Shown here piece after piece: positions 45,139-53,840 of a stretch of 64,000 nucleotides of DNA. Position 1 is the stretch's first letter. Every line of letters begins with the position of its first letter. Origin of the DNA: an uncultured Gammaproteobacteria bacterium (lineage in GTDB: Bacteria; Pseudomonadota; Gammaproteobacteria; Steroidobacterales; Steroidobacteraceae). The DNA lies in NCBI GenBank assembly GCA_963710435.1, contig CAVQAE010000009.1:21159-85158 (forward strand), read 5' to 3'. Under the pieces are notes generated by a model that was not told the origin of the DNA, ran no database searches, and saw nothing but the letters and a program-made list of their open reading frames with translations. Both the position numbers and the translations under genes were made by a program.

Positions 45139-46121
45139 GCCCAGAGTACACCCCTTCGCGCGCCACGCTGGTCGAGCTGTACCGCAAGATGGACCTCATC
45201 AAGCAAAACGATGAGCGCTTCCGCGCGGTGATCAAGTCAGGCAGGATCGTCGCGCCCTATTACTCCCCCAGAGGACAAGAAGTCATCCCTTCGGCCGTAT
45301 CGGTGAACCTCACGCAAGAGGACTACATCTGCACGATCTATCGCGGCATTCACGACATGTTGGCGAAGGGCGTGCCCGTAAAGCTCCTGTGGGCCGAGAT
45401 TGCCGGCAAGGTGACCGGGACCTGCAAGGGTAAGGGCGGTCCGATGCACGTCACGCACCCGGCGAGCGGCGTCATGGTCACTACTGGTATCGTCGGCAGC
45501 TCGATGCCCATCGCCAACGGTCTCGCACTGGCGTCCCAGGTACGCGGCGAGAAACGCGTGACCGTCGCGTATTTCGGTGACGGCGCCTCGAACATCGGCG
45601 CCTTCCATGAATCGCTCAATATGGCGGCGGTGTGGAAATTGCCGGTGGTCTTCGTATGTCAGAACAATCAGTATGGCGAGCACACCCGCTACGAGATAAC
45701 CACCGCCGCACGGCAGATCGCCGATCGGGCCGCGGGTTACCAGATGCCGGGCGTGCGTGTCGATGGGAACGATCCGCTCGCCATGTACGCGGCCGCCAGG
45801 CAAGCGATCGAGCGCGCGCGCGCCGGCGAGGGGCCGACGCTCATCGAGGCCATGACCTTCCGCTTCTTCGGTCACGTGTTCGGCGACGCGGACGCGTACA
45901 TGCGCCCGGGCGAAAAGGAGACGGCGATGGCGAGCGACCCCGTGCCCGCCTTCCGCGGCTGGCTGATCGAACACGGTCATGCCACGGAGAGTGAGCTCAA
46001 GCAGATCGAAGCGGCCATCGCGCGTGAGCTCGACGAGGCCGTCGACTTCGCCTTGAATAGCGGCGAACCCGAGTTGGCCGAGTTGCAACGCGATGTGTTT
46101 GCGGCGGAGGTGCCGGGATGA
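45135..46121 (+). CDS. TPP-dependent 2-oxoacid/acetoin dehydrogenase E1 alpha subunit
   Basis: It has the TPP motif YFGDGASNIGAFHESLNMAAVWKLPVVFVCQNNQYG. Its ATG 45135 overlaps the upstream stop (ATGA). Confidence 0.85.
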   Translation: MSPEYTPSRATLVELYRKMDLIKQNDERFRAVIKSGRIVAPYYSPRGQEVIPSAVSVNLTQEDYICTIYRGIHDMLAKGVPVKLLWAEIAGKVTGTCKGKGGPMHVTHPASGVMVTTGIVGSSMPIANGLALASQVRGEKRVTVAYFGDGASNIGAFHESLNMAAVWKLPVVFVCQNNQYGEHTRYEITTAARQIADRAAGYQMPGVRVDGNDPLAMYAAARQAIERARAGEGPTLIEAMTFRFFGHVFGDADAYMRPGEKETAMASDPVPAFRGWLIEHGHATESELKQIEAAIARELDEAVDFALNSGEPELAELQRDVFAAEVPG

Positions 46122-47119
46122 GCGCGGTCAAGTCTGAAAGCTCGAAGCTCAACACCATTCAGGCGATCAACCTGGCGCTCGATGAGGCCTTGGGGCTTGA
46201 TCCGAGCGTCATTCTGCTCGGCGAGGATATCGGCGATGAGGAGGAGGGAGGCGTCGTCGGCGTGACGCGGGGCCTGTCGAGCAAGTATGGCAAGAGTCGT
46301 GTGCGCACCACGCCGATCTCGGAGCAAGCCATCATCGGCGCAGCGCTCGGTGCGGCCATTGTCGGCATGCGGCCGGTGGCCGAGATCATGTTGATGAACT
46401 TCACCGCCGTGGCGATGGACATGATCGTGAACCACGCGGCGAAGCTGCGTTTTATGTCGGGCGGACAGACCCATGCACCGCTCACGATTCGAACCATGAC
46501 GGGCGCCGGATTCGGCACCGGCGGTCAGCACGCCGACTATCTCGAGGCCTGGTTCGCGCATACCGCGGGCATCAAGGTGGTCGCGCCATCCTCGCCGGCG
46601 GATGCATATGGGCTCATGCTGTCCTGCATCTTCGATGATGATCCGTGCCTTTTTATCGAGAACATGCCGAGCTATTGGACGCCGGGTCCGGCGCCCGCGC
46701 TCGGCAAGCGCACACCGCTGGGGCAAGCACACATCCTGCGCTCCGGTAAGGACCTCACGCTCGTGAGCTACAGCCGTACGGTGAGCGATTGCATGGCGGT
46801 CGCCGAGAAGCTCGCGGCCGAAGGCATCCAGGCCGAGGTGATTGATCTTCGGACCATTGCACCGTTCGATGCGCAGACCATCATCGCCTCGGTCGCGCGC
46901 ACCCGTCGCGCGGTCATCGTGCACGAGGCGGTGAAGCCCTTCGGCGTGGGCGCGGAAATCGCCTCGCGGATCAACGAGGAGCTGTTCGGCCAACTTGCCG
47001 CGCCGGTGCAGCGAGTCGGCGCGTATCACTGCGCCGTGCCATTTTCCAAGAAGCTGGAAACCGAATATGCACCGACCCACGCGCGCATTGAGGCCGCGAT
47101 GCGCGCCACCCTGAAATAG
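46118..47119 (+). CDS. 2-oxoacid/acetoin dehydrogenase E1 beta subunit
   Basis: Motifs are LLGEDIG...RVRTTPISEQAIIGAALGAAIVGMRPVAEIM and IDLRTIAPFD. It overlaps E1 alpha by 4 nt. Confidence 0.9.
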   Translation: MSAVKSESSKLNTIQAINLALDEALGLDPSVILLGEDIGDEEEGGVVGVTRGLSSKYGKSRVRTTPISEQAIIGAALGAAIVGMRPVAEIMLMNFTAVAMDMIVNHAAKLRFMSGGQTHAPLTIRTMTGAGFGTGGQHADYLEAWFAHTAGIKVVAPSSPADAYGLMLSCIFDDDPCLFIENMPSYWTPGPAPALGKRTPLGQAHILRSGKDLTLVSYSRTVSDCMAVAEKLAAEGIQAEVIDLRTIAPFDAQTIIASVARTRRAVIVHEAVKPFGVGAEIASRINEELFGQLAAPVQRVGAYHCAVPFSKKLETEYAPTHARIEAAMRATLK

Positions 47120-47145
47120 GACTCAAAAGGACTCAAGGTAAGCAG

Positions 47146-47382
47146 ATGTCAACGCAAGTGCTGTTACCCAAGATCGGCTTTAGCATGAATGAAGGTGTCT
47201 TGGCCCGTTGGCTCGTCGCGGACGGCGCCCCGGTGCAAGCCGGGCAAGCCCTGTACGAGATGGAAAGCGATAAATCCGTCCAGGAAGTGGAGGCCCCCGC
47301 GTCGGGGACCCTGCGGATCATCGCGGCGGAGGGCGAGACCTACGCCGTCGGTGCCGTGCTCGGCGAGATCGTCGCGGCGTAA
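47146..47382 (+). CDS. Free-standing lipoyl (biotin/lipoyl attachment) domain protein
   Basis: The 78-aa product has the lipoyl-lysine motif in LYEMESDKSVQEVEAPASGTL. It ends with a clean stop, with no catalytic E2 domain downstream. Confidence 0.8.
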   Translation: MSTQVLLPKIGFSMNEGVLARWLVADGAPVQAGQALYEMESDKSVQEVEAPASGTLRIIAAEGETYAVGAVLGEIVAA

Positions 47383-47408
47383 CTCGATCTGCGACGCTGC
47401 GAACACCG

Positions 47409-47849
47409 CTAGCTTTTGCTGATATCAACGCGCAATCGCGTCAATCTGAGGGTTTTGATGTGCCAACGGCCGGCGATGCGCTCATAACTCTCGACGTAAT
47501 GGCCGTACCCGTGCAGTGTTTGATTGGGCGTGGCTGAATCGGCCGACCAGCGCAACTTATCTTCCATGGCCCAGATGCCCGTGGCGTGAGTGGGCGAGGT
47601 GATCTCGATCTCCGGGCAGTGGCCGTGGTGCACGCTGACACAGCCCGTGAGCGGAACGCTCGCCGCCTGCGCGATCTGCTCGGGACCGGTAAGCACGCAA
47701 CCCGGAACGTCCTGACTGATGTCGAATACGGCATCGGCTGCAAACAGGGATTTGAAGCCCTCCCAGTCTTTCGTGTCGACGTAGCGAAAGTAGCGCGCCT
47801 TGAGGCACTTGATCTCTTCGATCGCGATGAGCTTATGCAGAGCGTCCAT
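47409..47849 (-). CDS. NTF2/SnoaL-like family protein
   Basis: IAIEEIKCLKARYFRYVDTKDWEGFKSLFAADAVFD... shows the SnoaL_4-like pattern. Confidence 0.7.
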   Translation of the reverse strand: MDALHKLIAIEEIKCLKARYFRYVDTKDWEGFKSLFAADAVFDISQDVPGCVLTGPEQIAQAASVPLTGCVSVHHGHCPEIEITSPTHATGIWAMEDKLRWSADSATPNQTLHGYGHYVESYERIAGRWHIKTLRLTRLRVDISKS

Positions 47850-47873
47850 GGGGCCTCGCAGCGGATCAAACCT

Positions 47874-48716
47874 TCAGTTGACGGAGCGGCACTGACCGCC
47901 ATCGACTCGGTAGTTGGCGCCCGTCATGTAGGCGGAGAGCGGACTCGCCAGTAGCGCCACCATGCGCCCGATGTCCTCCGGTTGACCGAAATGATCGGCG
48001 GCGATGGGGATCAGCTCGGTGGTGAAGCGCCGCTCGATTTCGCTCCAGTCGGCGCTCTTCCAGCCCATCTGGGCGGCGATGCCGGTGAAGGCTGCGACGA
48101 CCGCCGGGGTGAGAATGGCCCCGGGACTCACCGTGTTGACGGTGATGCCGGTGTGCGCGAGCGTCTTCGCGAGCGAGGCCGTCATGTTCACCATCGCGGC
48201 CTTGACCGCCTGATATTCGGCCAAGTCGCGCTCGGGTTGCGTAGCCGCCGCGCTTGCGATGTGGATGATGCGCCCCCACTGGCGCGCCTTCATGTCCGGC
48301 ACAAAGCGCTGGATCAGGCGCACCGCGGCGCCCACGTTCTGCTCGAACGTCCACAGCCAATCCGACCAGGGTGTCTCGAGCCATGGGGGATTGGGGGGGC
48401 CGGCCGCGCCGTCGGTGCGATGCGAGCTCGCGCGACCGCCGGCATTGTTGACCAGAATATCGACGCCGCCGAGTTGTGCCAGCACGGCATCGCCCACGCT
48501 CGCGCACCCCGCCTCCGTGGCGAGATCGCCCACGACGACGACCGCCGTGCCACCGGCTTGCCGAATGCCCGCGGCGACGGCCTCGCATCGCTCGCTGTCG
48601 CGGCCGTGAATCACCACCGCTGCCCCCTCGGCGGCGAGGACTCGGGCGATGCCGGCCCCAATGCCGGAATTACTGCCGGTGATGAGGGCGCGCTTTCCGC
48701 TCAGTTGTAATTCCAT
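47874..48716 (-). CDS. SDR family oxidoreductase
   Basis: Motifs are LITGSNSGIGAGIA, NNAG and YQAVKAA. Confidence 0.85.
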   Translation of the reverse strand: MELQLSGKRALITGSNSGIGAGIARVLAAEGAAVVIHGRDSERCEAVAAGIRQAGGTAVVVVGDLATEAGCASVGDAVLAQLGGVDILVNNAGGRASSHRTDGAAGPPNPPWLETPWSDWLWTFEQNVGAAVRLIQRFVPDMKARQWGRIIHIASAAATQPERDLAEYQAVKAAMVNMTASLAKTLAHTGITVNTVSPGAILTPAVVAAFTGIAAQMGWKSADWSEIERRFTTELIPIAADHFGQPEDIGRMVALLASPLSAYMTGANYRVDGGQCRSVN

Positions 48717-48770
48717 GTGTTTTCTCGATGGCGGCTTGGTGACAGGGGCGTTGACGCGGCATGGCGGCTC

Positions 48771-48793
48771 GTTTAAAAGCTTGAACGGCGTTT
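48771..48793. promoter_or_regulatory. Composite operator GTTT-N8-GAAC-N3-GTTT
   Basis: The sequence is GTTTAAAAGCTTGAACGGCGTTT followed by AGAATATAA, in the divergent region between SDR 48716 and AMP-ligase 48860. Confidence 0.5.
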
Positions 48794-48859
48794 AGAATAT
48801 AAGCTCGCGGCGCGGCGGATCCAAGATCCACGCGCCCTTTGGCATCGCGGAATTCGAGT

Positions 48860-50395
48860 ATGCGTACCGTCAAAGACCTGTGGGAGCGCAACGCGCATTA
48901 CTTCCCGAACCGGGAAGCGCTGATTTATGGCGATCGGCGTCTCACCCACGCCGAATTCGCGTCGCGGGCGCGGCGCCTCGCGAGCGCCCTGTATGGAATA
49001 GGGCTGCGGCCCCGGGGCCGATTTGCGGTTCTCGCCATGAACTGCGTCGAGTACTACGAAGCCTTCGCGGCGGCCGAATACGGCGGCTATCTCATGGTGC
49101 CCTTGAACTTTCGCCTGGCGCCTCCGGAACTCGCCCATGTGCTGAAGGACTCGGGCGCCACGGTGTTGATCTACGAGCCGCAATACGCGGCGACCGTCGC
49201 CACGCTGCGCGCGCAGGCGAGCTCGGTGCAGCATTATGTCTGTCTCGGCTCTGCCGAGGGGGACCCCGATTATGAGACCCTGCTGTCCGAAGGCCGGGAA
49301 TCGGGCCCACCCGTCGAGCCCGAGCCCGAGCATGTCTCGGTGCTCTGGTACACGAGCGGCACCACCGGCAAGCCCAAGGGCGCTCTCTGGTCGCAGCGGG
49401 CGATCCTGGCTGCTGCACGGATGAACGCCCACGTATCCTCGATCGACGGTGCGAGTCGGATTCTGCAGGTCACCCCCGCTTTTCATGTGGGCGGCCGAGG
49501 GTTCGTGATGGGCGCCGCGTGGGACGGTGGCTCTACGGTGCTGCACCGAGCCTTCGATCCACGCGCCATGCTGGCGACCATTGAGCGCGAGAAGATTACG
49601 CACACCTTCATGGTGGCGGCCATGGTGCAGGCCGTGCTCGCGCTTCCCGACGTGGCCTCGTTCGATCTCTCGAGCCTGCGCGCGGTATTTTCCGCAGCCG
49701 CGCCCATCCCGGTCCCCGTCTTGCGCCGCGCGATGGAGCTCATGGGCCCCGTCTTCTCGCTCCAGTACGGCTGCACCGAGGTGGGCAGCATCACCTCGCT
49801 GCCGCGCTTCGCCCTCGCTACGCAAGGGCCGCCCGAGGTGGTGAAACGGCTCGGGTCGACCGGTTATCCGGTGCCCGAGATCGATTTTCGGTTGGTGGAT
49901 GAGTCGGGACAGAGCTGCGCCGCGGGCGTGCCTGGAGAGGTGGCGGTGCGCTCGCCTTCGATGTTCTCCGGATACTGGAACAACAGCGGCGCAACGCTCG
50001 AGGCGTTGCGGGAGGGTTGGTACTTCACCGGCGACATCGGTGTGCAGGATGCCGAAGGGTGCTTGTACCTGGTGGATCGCAAGAAGGACATGATTATTTC
50101 GGGTGGCGAGAACATCTACAGCCGCGAAGTGGAAGAGGCCTTGGCTGCGCACGCCGAAGTGCACGACTGCGCCGTGATCGGCGTGCCGGATCCGAAGTGG
50201 GTGGAGAGCGTAAAGGCCGTGGTGGTGCGCAAGCCCGGAAGCACCATTGAGGAAGCAGCCCTCATCGAGCACTGCCGGGCGCTGATCGCGCGCTATAAGT
50301 GTCCGCGCAGTATCGCCTTCGTCCCCGAGTTGCCGCGGCTCGCGACGGGCAAGATCGACAAGCCGACGCTGCGCGCGCGTTACGGCTCCGCTTGA
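48860..50395 (+). CDS. AMP-forming acyl-CoA synthetase (ANL family)
   Basis: Motifs are LWYTSGTTGKPKGA, YGCTE, WYFTGDIG and a C-terminal TGKIDKPTLR. I chose the in-frame ATG 48860. Confidence 0.85.
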   Translation: MRTVKDLWERNAHYFPNREALIYGDRRLTHAEFASRARRLASALYGIGLRPRGRFAVLAMNCVEYYEAFAAAEYGGYLMVPLNFRLAPPELAHVLKDSGATVLIYEPQYAATVATLRAQASSVQHYVCLGSAEGDPDYETLLSEGRESGPPVEPEPEHVSVLWYTSGTTGKPKGALWSQRAILAAARMNAHVSSIDGASRILQVTPAFHVGGRGFVMGAAWDGGSTVLHRAFDPRAMLATIEREKITHTFMVAAMVQAVLALPDVASFDLSSLRAVFSAAAPIPVPVLRRAMELMGPVFSLQYGCTEVGSITSLPRFALATQGPPEVVKRLGSTGYPVPEIDFRLVDESGQSCAAGVPGEVAVRSPSMFSGYWNNSGATLEALREGWYFTGDIGVQDAEGCLYLVDRKKDMIISGGENIYSREVEEALAAHAEVHDCAVIGVPDPKWVESVKAVVVRKPGSTIEEAALIEHCRALIARYKCPRSIAFVPELPRLATGKIDKPTLRARYGSA

Positions 50396-50478
50396 TCGCC
50401 GAGCCACGCCGCGGCGGTTTTCACCCTCGCTAAATTTGTCGGGGATTCCCGAACTGCTGCGATCCCATCGCGTGCAAT

Positions 50479-51447
50479 TCAACGGGAGTTTCGGCCGGGC
50501 CGCCCGGCGATATCCAGCGGGTTGCTTCCCTTGAGCTTGTCGAGCAAGAAGTCAATCAACGCCCGCACGTTCGCTGCAACCAACTCCCTGCGCGCGTACT
50601 GCATGATGATCGTGGAGCTCAGCTCGTTCTGTCCCTCGATTTCGTAGTTCGGCAGTACGCGGACCAGGGAACCATCTCGCAAGGGGCCGAGGACGTTCTC
50701 GATCGAAATGACCGTGATGCCGAGACCGGCGAGCGCAGCGTCGTGGACGGCGTCGAGCTCGTCTTGAACCGTCACGCGGCCTTTGGGCGCCACGACGACG
50801 TGTCGACGGCTGCGGCGGGAGGCACTTAGATCCACGAAGGTCCAGCGTCCGTGTGCGCCGTTTGGCAGCACGACATTGATGCAATCGTGCCGCTTGAGCT
50901 CCTCCGGGGAGCCCGGCATTCCGCGCTTCGCCAGATAGCCGGGGCTCGCGACCGCTATGAGCGGCATTCGGCAGAGCGTATGCGAGATCTTGTCTTTTTC
51001 TCGCTCTTCGCCCCAATTGATGCGGATGTCGTAGGCTTGCCGCGTGAGCCCGCGCGCGCCATCGTGAAAGCTGATCAGCACATCCACGGTGGGGTAGCGC
51101 TCGAGAAACTCCGGTAGCAGCGGCAGTAGGCAGTGTTTGCCGTAAGCGGTGACGGTGGAGACTCGAACGGTGCCGGAAGGTTTGCTACTGCGCTCCCGCA
51201 GCCACCCTACCGAGTCCTCGACGCTCGTAAATGCCTCGTTCAGCCGGCCGAATAAGGTGGCTCCCGCGCTGGTGAGCTGCAGTTGCCGTGTCGTGCGCAC
51301 GAACAGGCGTGTACCGGTCATTTGCTCCAAGCGAGCGACGCTTTTGCTAAGCGCCGCAGTGCTGACACCCAGGCGCGTCGCGGCTTGCGTCAAGCTGCCT
51401 GCTCGGGCAGCCTGCACGAAGTGCCAGAGTCCGTGAAGTTCCTGCAT
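50479..51447 (-). CDS. LysR family transcriptional regulator
   Basis: It has an N-terminal HTH FVQAARAGSLTQAATRLGVSTAALSKSVARLE and a LysR substrate-binding domain. Confidence 0.9.
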   Translation of the reverse strand: MQELHGLWHFVQAARAGSLTQAATRLGVSTAALSKSVARLEQMTGTRLFVRTTRQLQLTSAGATLFGRLNEAFTSVEDSVGWLRERSSKPSGTVRVSTVTAYGKHCLLPLLPEFLERYPTVDVLISFHDGARGLTRQAYDIRINWGEEREKDKISHTLCRMPLIAVASPGYLAKRGMPGSPEELKRHDCINVVLPNGAHGRWTFVDLSASRRSRRHVVVAPKGRVTVQDELDAVHDAALAGLGITVISIENVLGPLRDGSLVRVLPNYEIEGQNELSSTIIMQYARRELVAANVRALIDFLLDKLKGSNPLDIAGRPGRNSR

Positions 51448-51582
51448 CGTAGGACAAGACCCGGGTTAAGACTGGCATTAACATATCATGCCGGGCGCTA
51501 AACACAGCGGGCGAATGGCAAGCTTCGGCCGTATTGATCCCGGGAAAATCGATCATGAAATCCGCTCACTGTGCTTCTGTTC

Positions 51583-52485
51583 TCATGACGATTCCCTCGA
51601 AGCCACGCGGACCATGCCATCGCCGAACGGCGCATCGCGATTCCGCAAGGCGGCCTTGAGGCCCTGCTCGGCCATATCCCGCTTAAACTGCGCGCGTCGC
51701 GGACCCACCGAAAGATGCGCGCGAGCGTCAAGCTCGGCATCGAGACGCTGCAGTGTCTTGGCGCCCATCAACTCGAGTCCCAGGTTGATCGCGCGTTTGT
51801 GTGCCGCGAGCAGCTCGCTATCCACGCAGGCAATGCGCCGCACGAGCTCTTGCGCCTCGGCGTCCAAGCGGGCGGGTGGATACGCATCGAGCACCAGACC
51901 GACTCGGGCCGCATCGGTGCCCGATAGACGGTCCCCCGTGAACATGAGTCGCTTGGCCCATTGTGGACCCAGATGGTAGAGCCATAGATTGCTCAGCGGC
52001 ATGCCGTTGGCGCGCACGGCCGGAAAGCCGATGCGCGCATCCTCAGAGGCGATCACGATGTCGCATGCGAAGGCGATGTCGGTGCCCCCGGCAAGACAGT
52101 TGCCGTGCACCTTGGCGACAATGGGCTTGTGCACCGTCCAGGGCAGAAGGAGCGAGTCCTGCTGACGTTCCATGTACCAGCAATCATCGTCGAAGCTGGT
52201 CACCATGCCGCGATAGCGGTCTTCGTCACCGTGGGCTTGTTCCTCCGCGACGCCCGCATAGCGACCGGCGAGGTCAAAACCCGCGCAGAAATCTTTCCCG
52301 GCGCCTTCGATCAGAAGGACACTGACGTCGCGCTGATCGTCGGCTTCGAGCAGCGCCTGATGAAACTCACGCAGCATGATCTGACTGATCGCGTTGCGCT
52401 TTTCCGGACGGTTTAGGGTGATAGTGGCAATGCGATCCTGAACCTTGAATTGAACGTGTTCGGTCGACTGAAGCCATTTATTCAT
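51583..52485 (-). CDS. Enoyl-CoA hydratase/isomerase family, long form (paralogue of 16613..17536)
   Basis: It has ITLNRPEKRNAI and GAGKDFCAGFDL. By eye it is about 60% identical to the 16613 product. I chose the start at ATG 52485. Confidence 0.85.
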   Translation of the reverse strand: MNKWLQSTEHVQFKVQDRIATITLNRPEKRNAISQIMLREFHQALLEADDQRDVSVLLIEGAGKDFCAGFDLAGRYAGVAEEQAHGDEDRYRGMVTSFDDDCWYMERQQDSLLLPWTVHKPIVAKVHGNCLAGGTDIAFACDIVIASEDARIGFPAVRANGMPLSNLWLYHLGPQWAKRLMFTGDRLSGTDAARVGLVLDAYPPARLDAEAQELVRRIACVDSELLAAHKRAINLGLELMGAKTLQRLDAELDARAHLSVGPRRAQFKRDMAEQGLKAALRNRDAPFGDGMVRVASRESS

Positions 52486-52625
52486 CGGCGGGCTCTCCGC
52501 AATCCAGTGCAAAGCGGTTGAAGTATCTGCGGCAAAACCTGGACTTCGGGCAGGCGGGGGGCGCAAAGGTCATGCCCGGCCGAATCGAGCCCGCGCCGTG
52601 CCCACCGCACACCATGGCGCGCGTC

Positions 52626-53801
52626 TCAGGCCGCGGCCTTCGATTCCCGCCAGCACTGCTGCGCGGCAGGCGTTTGTGCGAGCTTGTCGATGTCAAAGCC
52701 GAAAATGCGCTGCGCGTTGCCTGCGACGATGGCCCATTGGTCCTCTTTACTCAAATGCGCCAGGAGCTTCGCAAGATGCACGCGGGTGTGGGGCCACGTA
52801 CCCTCGGTATGAATGTCATCAGAGCCGAATGCCAGGTTGCGTACGCCGACCTGACCCACACAGCTGATCTCGGTCGCATCGAGGGGGCCCGCTGCGAAGC
52901 CTTGCCGTGCCCACTGTTCGCTTGGTTTCATCTTGAGCTTGTGCTCTGGATTGACCGTGGGTGCCGCAAAGTATCGATCCAGTTGGACGAGGATCGGCAC
53001 GATCCAAGTAGAGCCGCTCTCGATGTAGCCGAATTTCAAGTTCGGATGCCGTTCCGGAACGCCGGAGAGAAGCAGGTACTTGAGCGTTGAATGATGCAGG
53101 CCTTCGATGTCGAGAAACAGCAATGCTTCCCAGCCGCGCTCCGTTCCGTCCCAGCGCCACAACGGCTTTTCGCGGCCCACGGACGAATGCCACACCGCGG
53201 CCATACCGCGCTCGTCAAGCGCCTGCCACATGGGCTCATACATCCGGTGGTTGTAATCGGGTAGCGACGGATCCGCTTGCCGCGGTGTCGGGGGTAGGTG
53301 GATTGCCCGCAACCCATGCTCCCAGGCCATGCTGATTTCCTTGATCACGGTCTCCTGCCCAGCGGCGAGAGACACGGCGAGGGCTGCGGTAAAGCGATGC
53401 GGCGCCGAGGCCGTGTAGTCCTTGAACCAGCGGCAGTAGCTCTGAGAGATCTCGTGCTGCAGCTTGGGGTCGCTGGTAATGGCGCCGAAGCCATCCACCA
53501 GCAACTCGGCGGCGACGCCGTCCGCATCGATGCGCGCGAGGCGCTCGGCGCACGTCAAGACCTGGTGGTAACGGGTAAGATCCACCTCATGAAGATCGTT
53601 GGCAGCCTGCCAGGCCATTTCGGCACCCGCATACATGAGATCGGCGAAGTAACGGCTGCCGCCCGTGAACGTGCGCTGGCCCTCCGCGGTCGCCTCATCA
53701 AAGGCCCGATGACACTTTGCGGGCAGCCACGGTTTGAGGTCTAGGAAACACTCAGTGTGTCCGTCCAGCGAGATGACGACGTTTTCCTGGCTCATACGCA
53801 C
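52626..53801 (-). CDS. Amidohydrolase-2 (metal-dependent hydrolase/decarboxylase) family protein
   Basis: The 391-aa product has N-terminal ISLDGHTE and C-terminal LAFGSDDIHTEG, which fit the TIM-barrel amidohydrolase pattern. The assignment rests on resemblance. Confidence 0.6.
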   Translation of the reverse strand: MRMSQENVVISLDGHTECFLDLKPWLPAKCHRAFDEATAEGQRTFTGGSRYFADLMYAGAEMAWQAANDLHEVDLTRYHQVLTCAERLARIDADGVAAELLVDGFGAITSDPKLQHEISQSYCRWFKDYTASAPHRFTAALAVSLAAGQETVIKEISMAWEHGLRAIHLPPTPRQADPSLPDYNHRMYEPMWQALDERGMAAVWHSSVGREKPLWRWDGTERGWEALLFLDIEGLHHSTLKYLLLSGVPERHPNLKFGYIESGSTWIVPILVQLDRYFAAPTVNPEHKLKMKPSEQWARQGFAAGPLDATEISCVGQVGVRNLAFGSDDIHTEGTWPHTRVHLAKLLAHLSKEDQWAIVAGNAQRIFGFDIDKLAQTPAAQQCWRESKAAA

Positions 53802-53840
53802 TCCTCAAGGCAGATGGGGGCTCGTGCAAGATCGATCGGG

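Noticed and set aside
47119-47138. A tandem 10-bp duplication GGACTCAAAA/GGACTCAAGG lies just upstream of the lipoyl-domain gene.
   Set aside because: It is only two copies and very short. It most likely reflects a duplicated ribosome-binding region or slippage, and I can attach no further signal to it.
50407-50421. The palindrome CGCCGCGGCG followed by TTTT lies between the convergent AMP-ligase and LysR genes and could be a terminator.
   Set aside because: The stem has essentially no loop and the T-tract is only 4 nt. That is too weak to call.
52452-52461. GAACACGTTC (a KstR-like GAAC-N2-GTTC) lies near the 5' end of crotonase 51583..52485.
   Set aside because: It lies inside coding sequence (it encodes TEHVQ), has a different spacer (N2, not N3), and lacks AT-rich flanks. 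It is probably coincidental.
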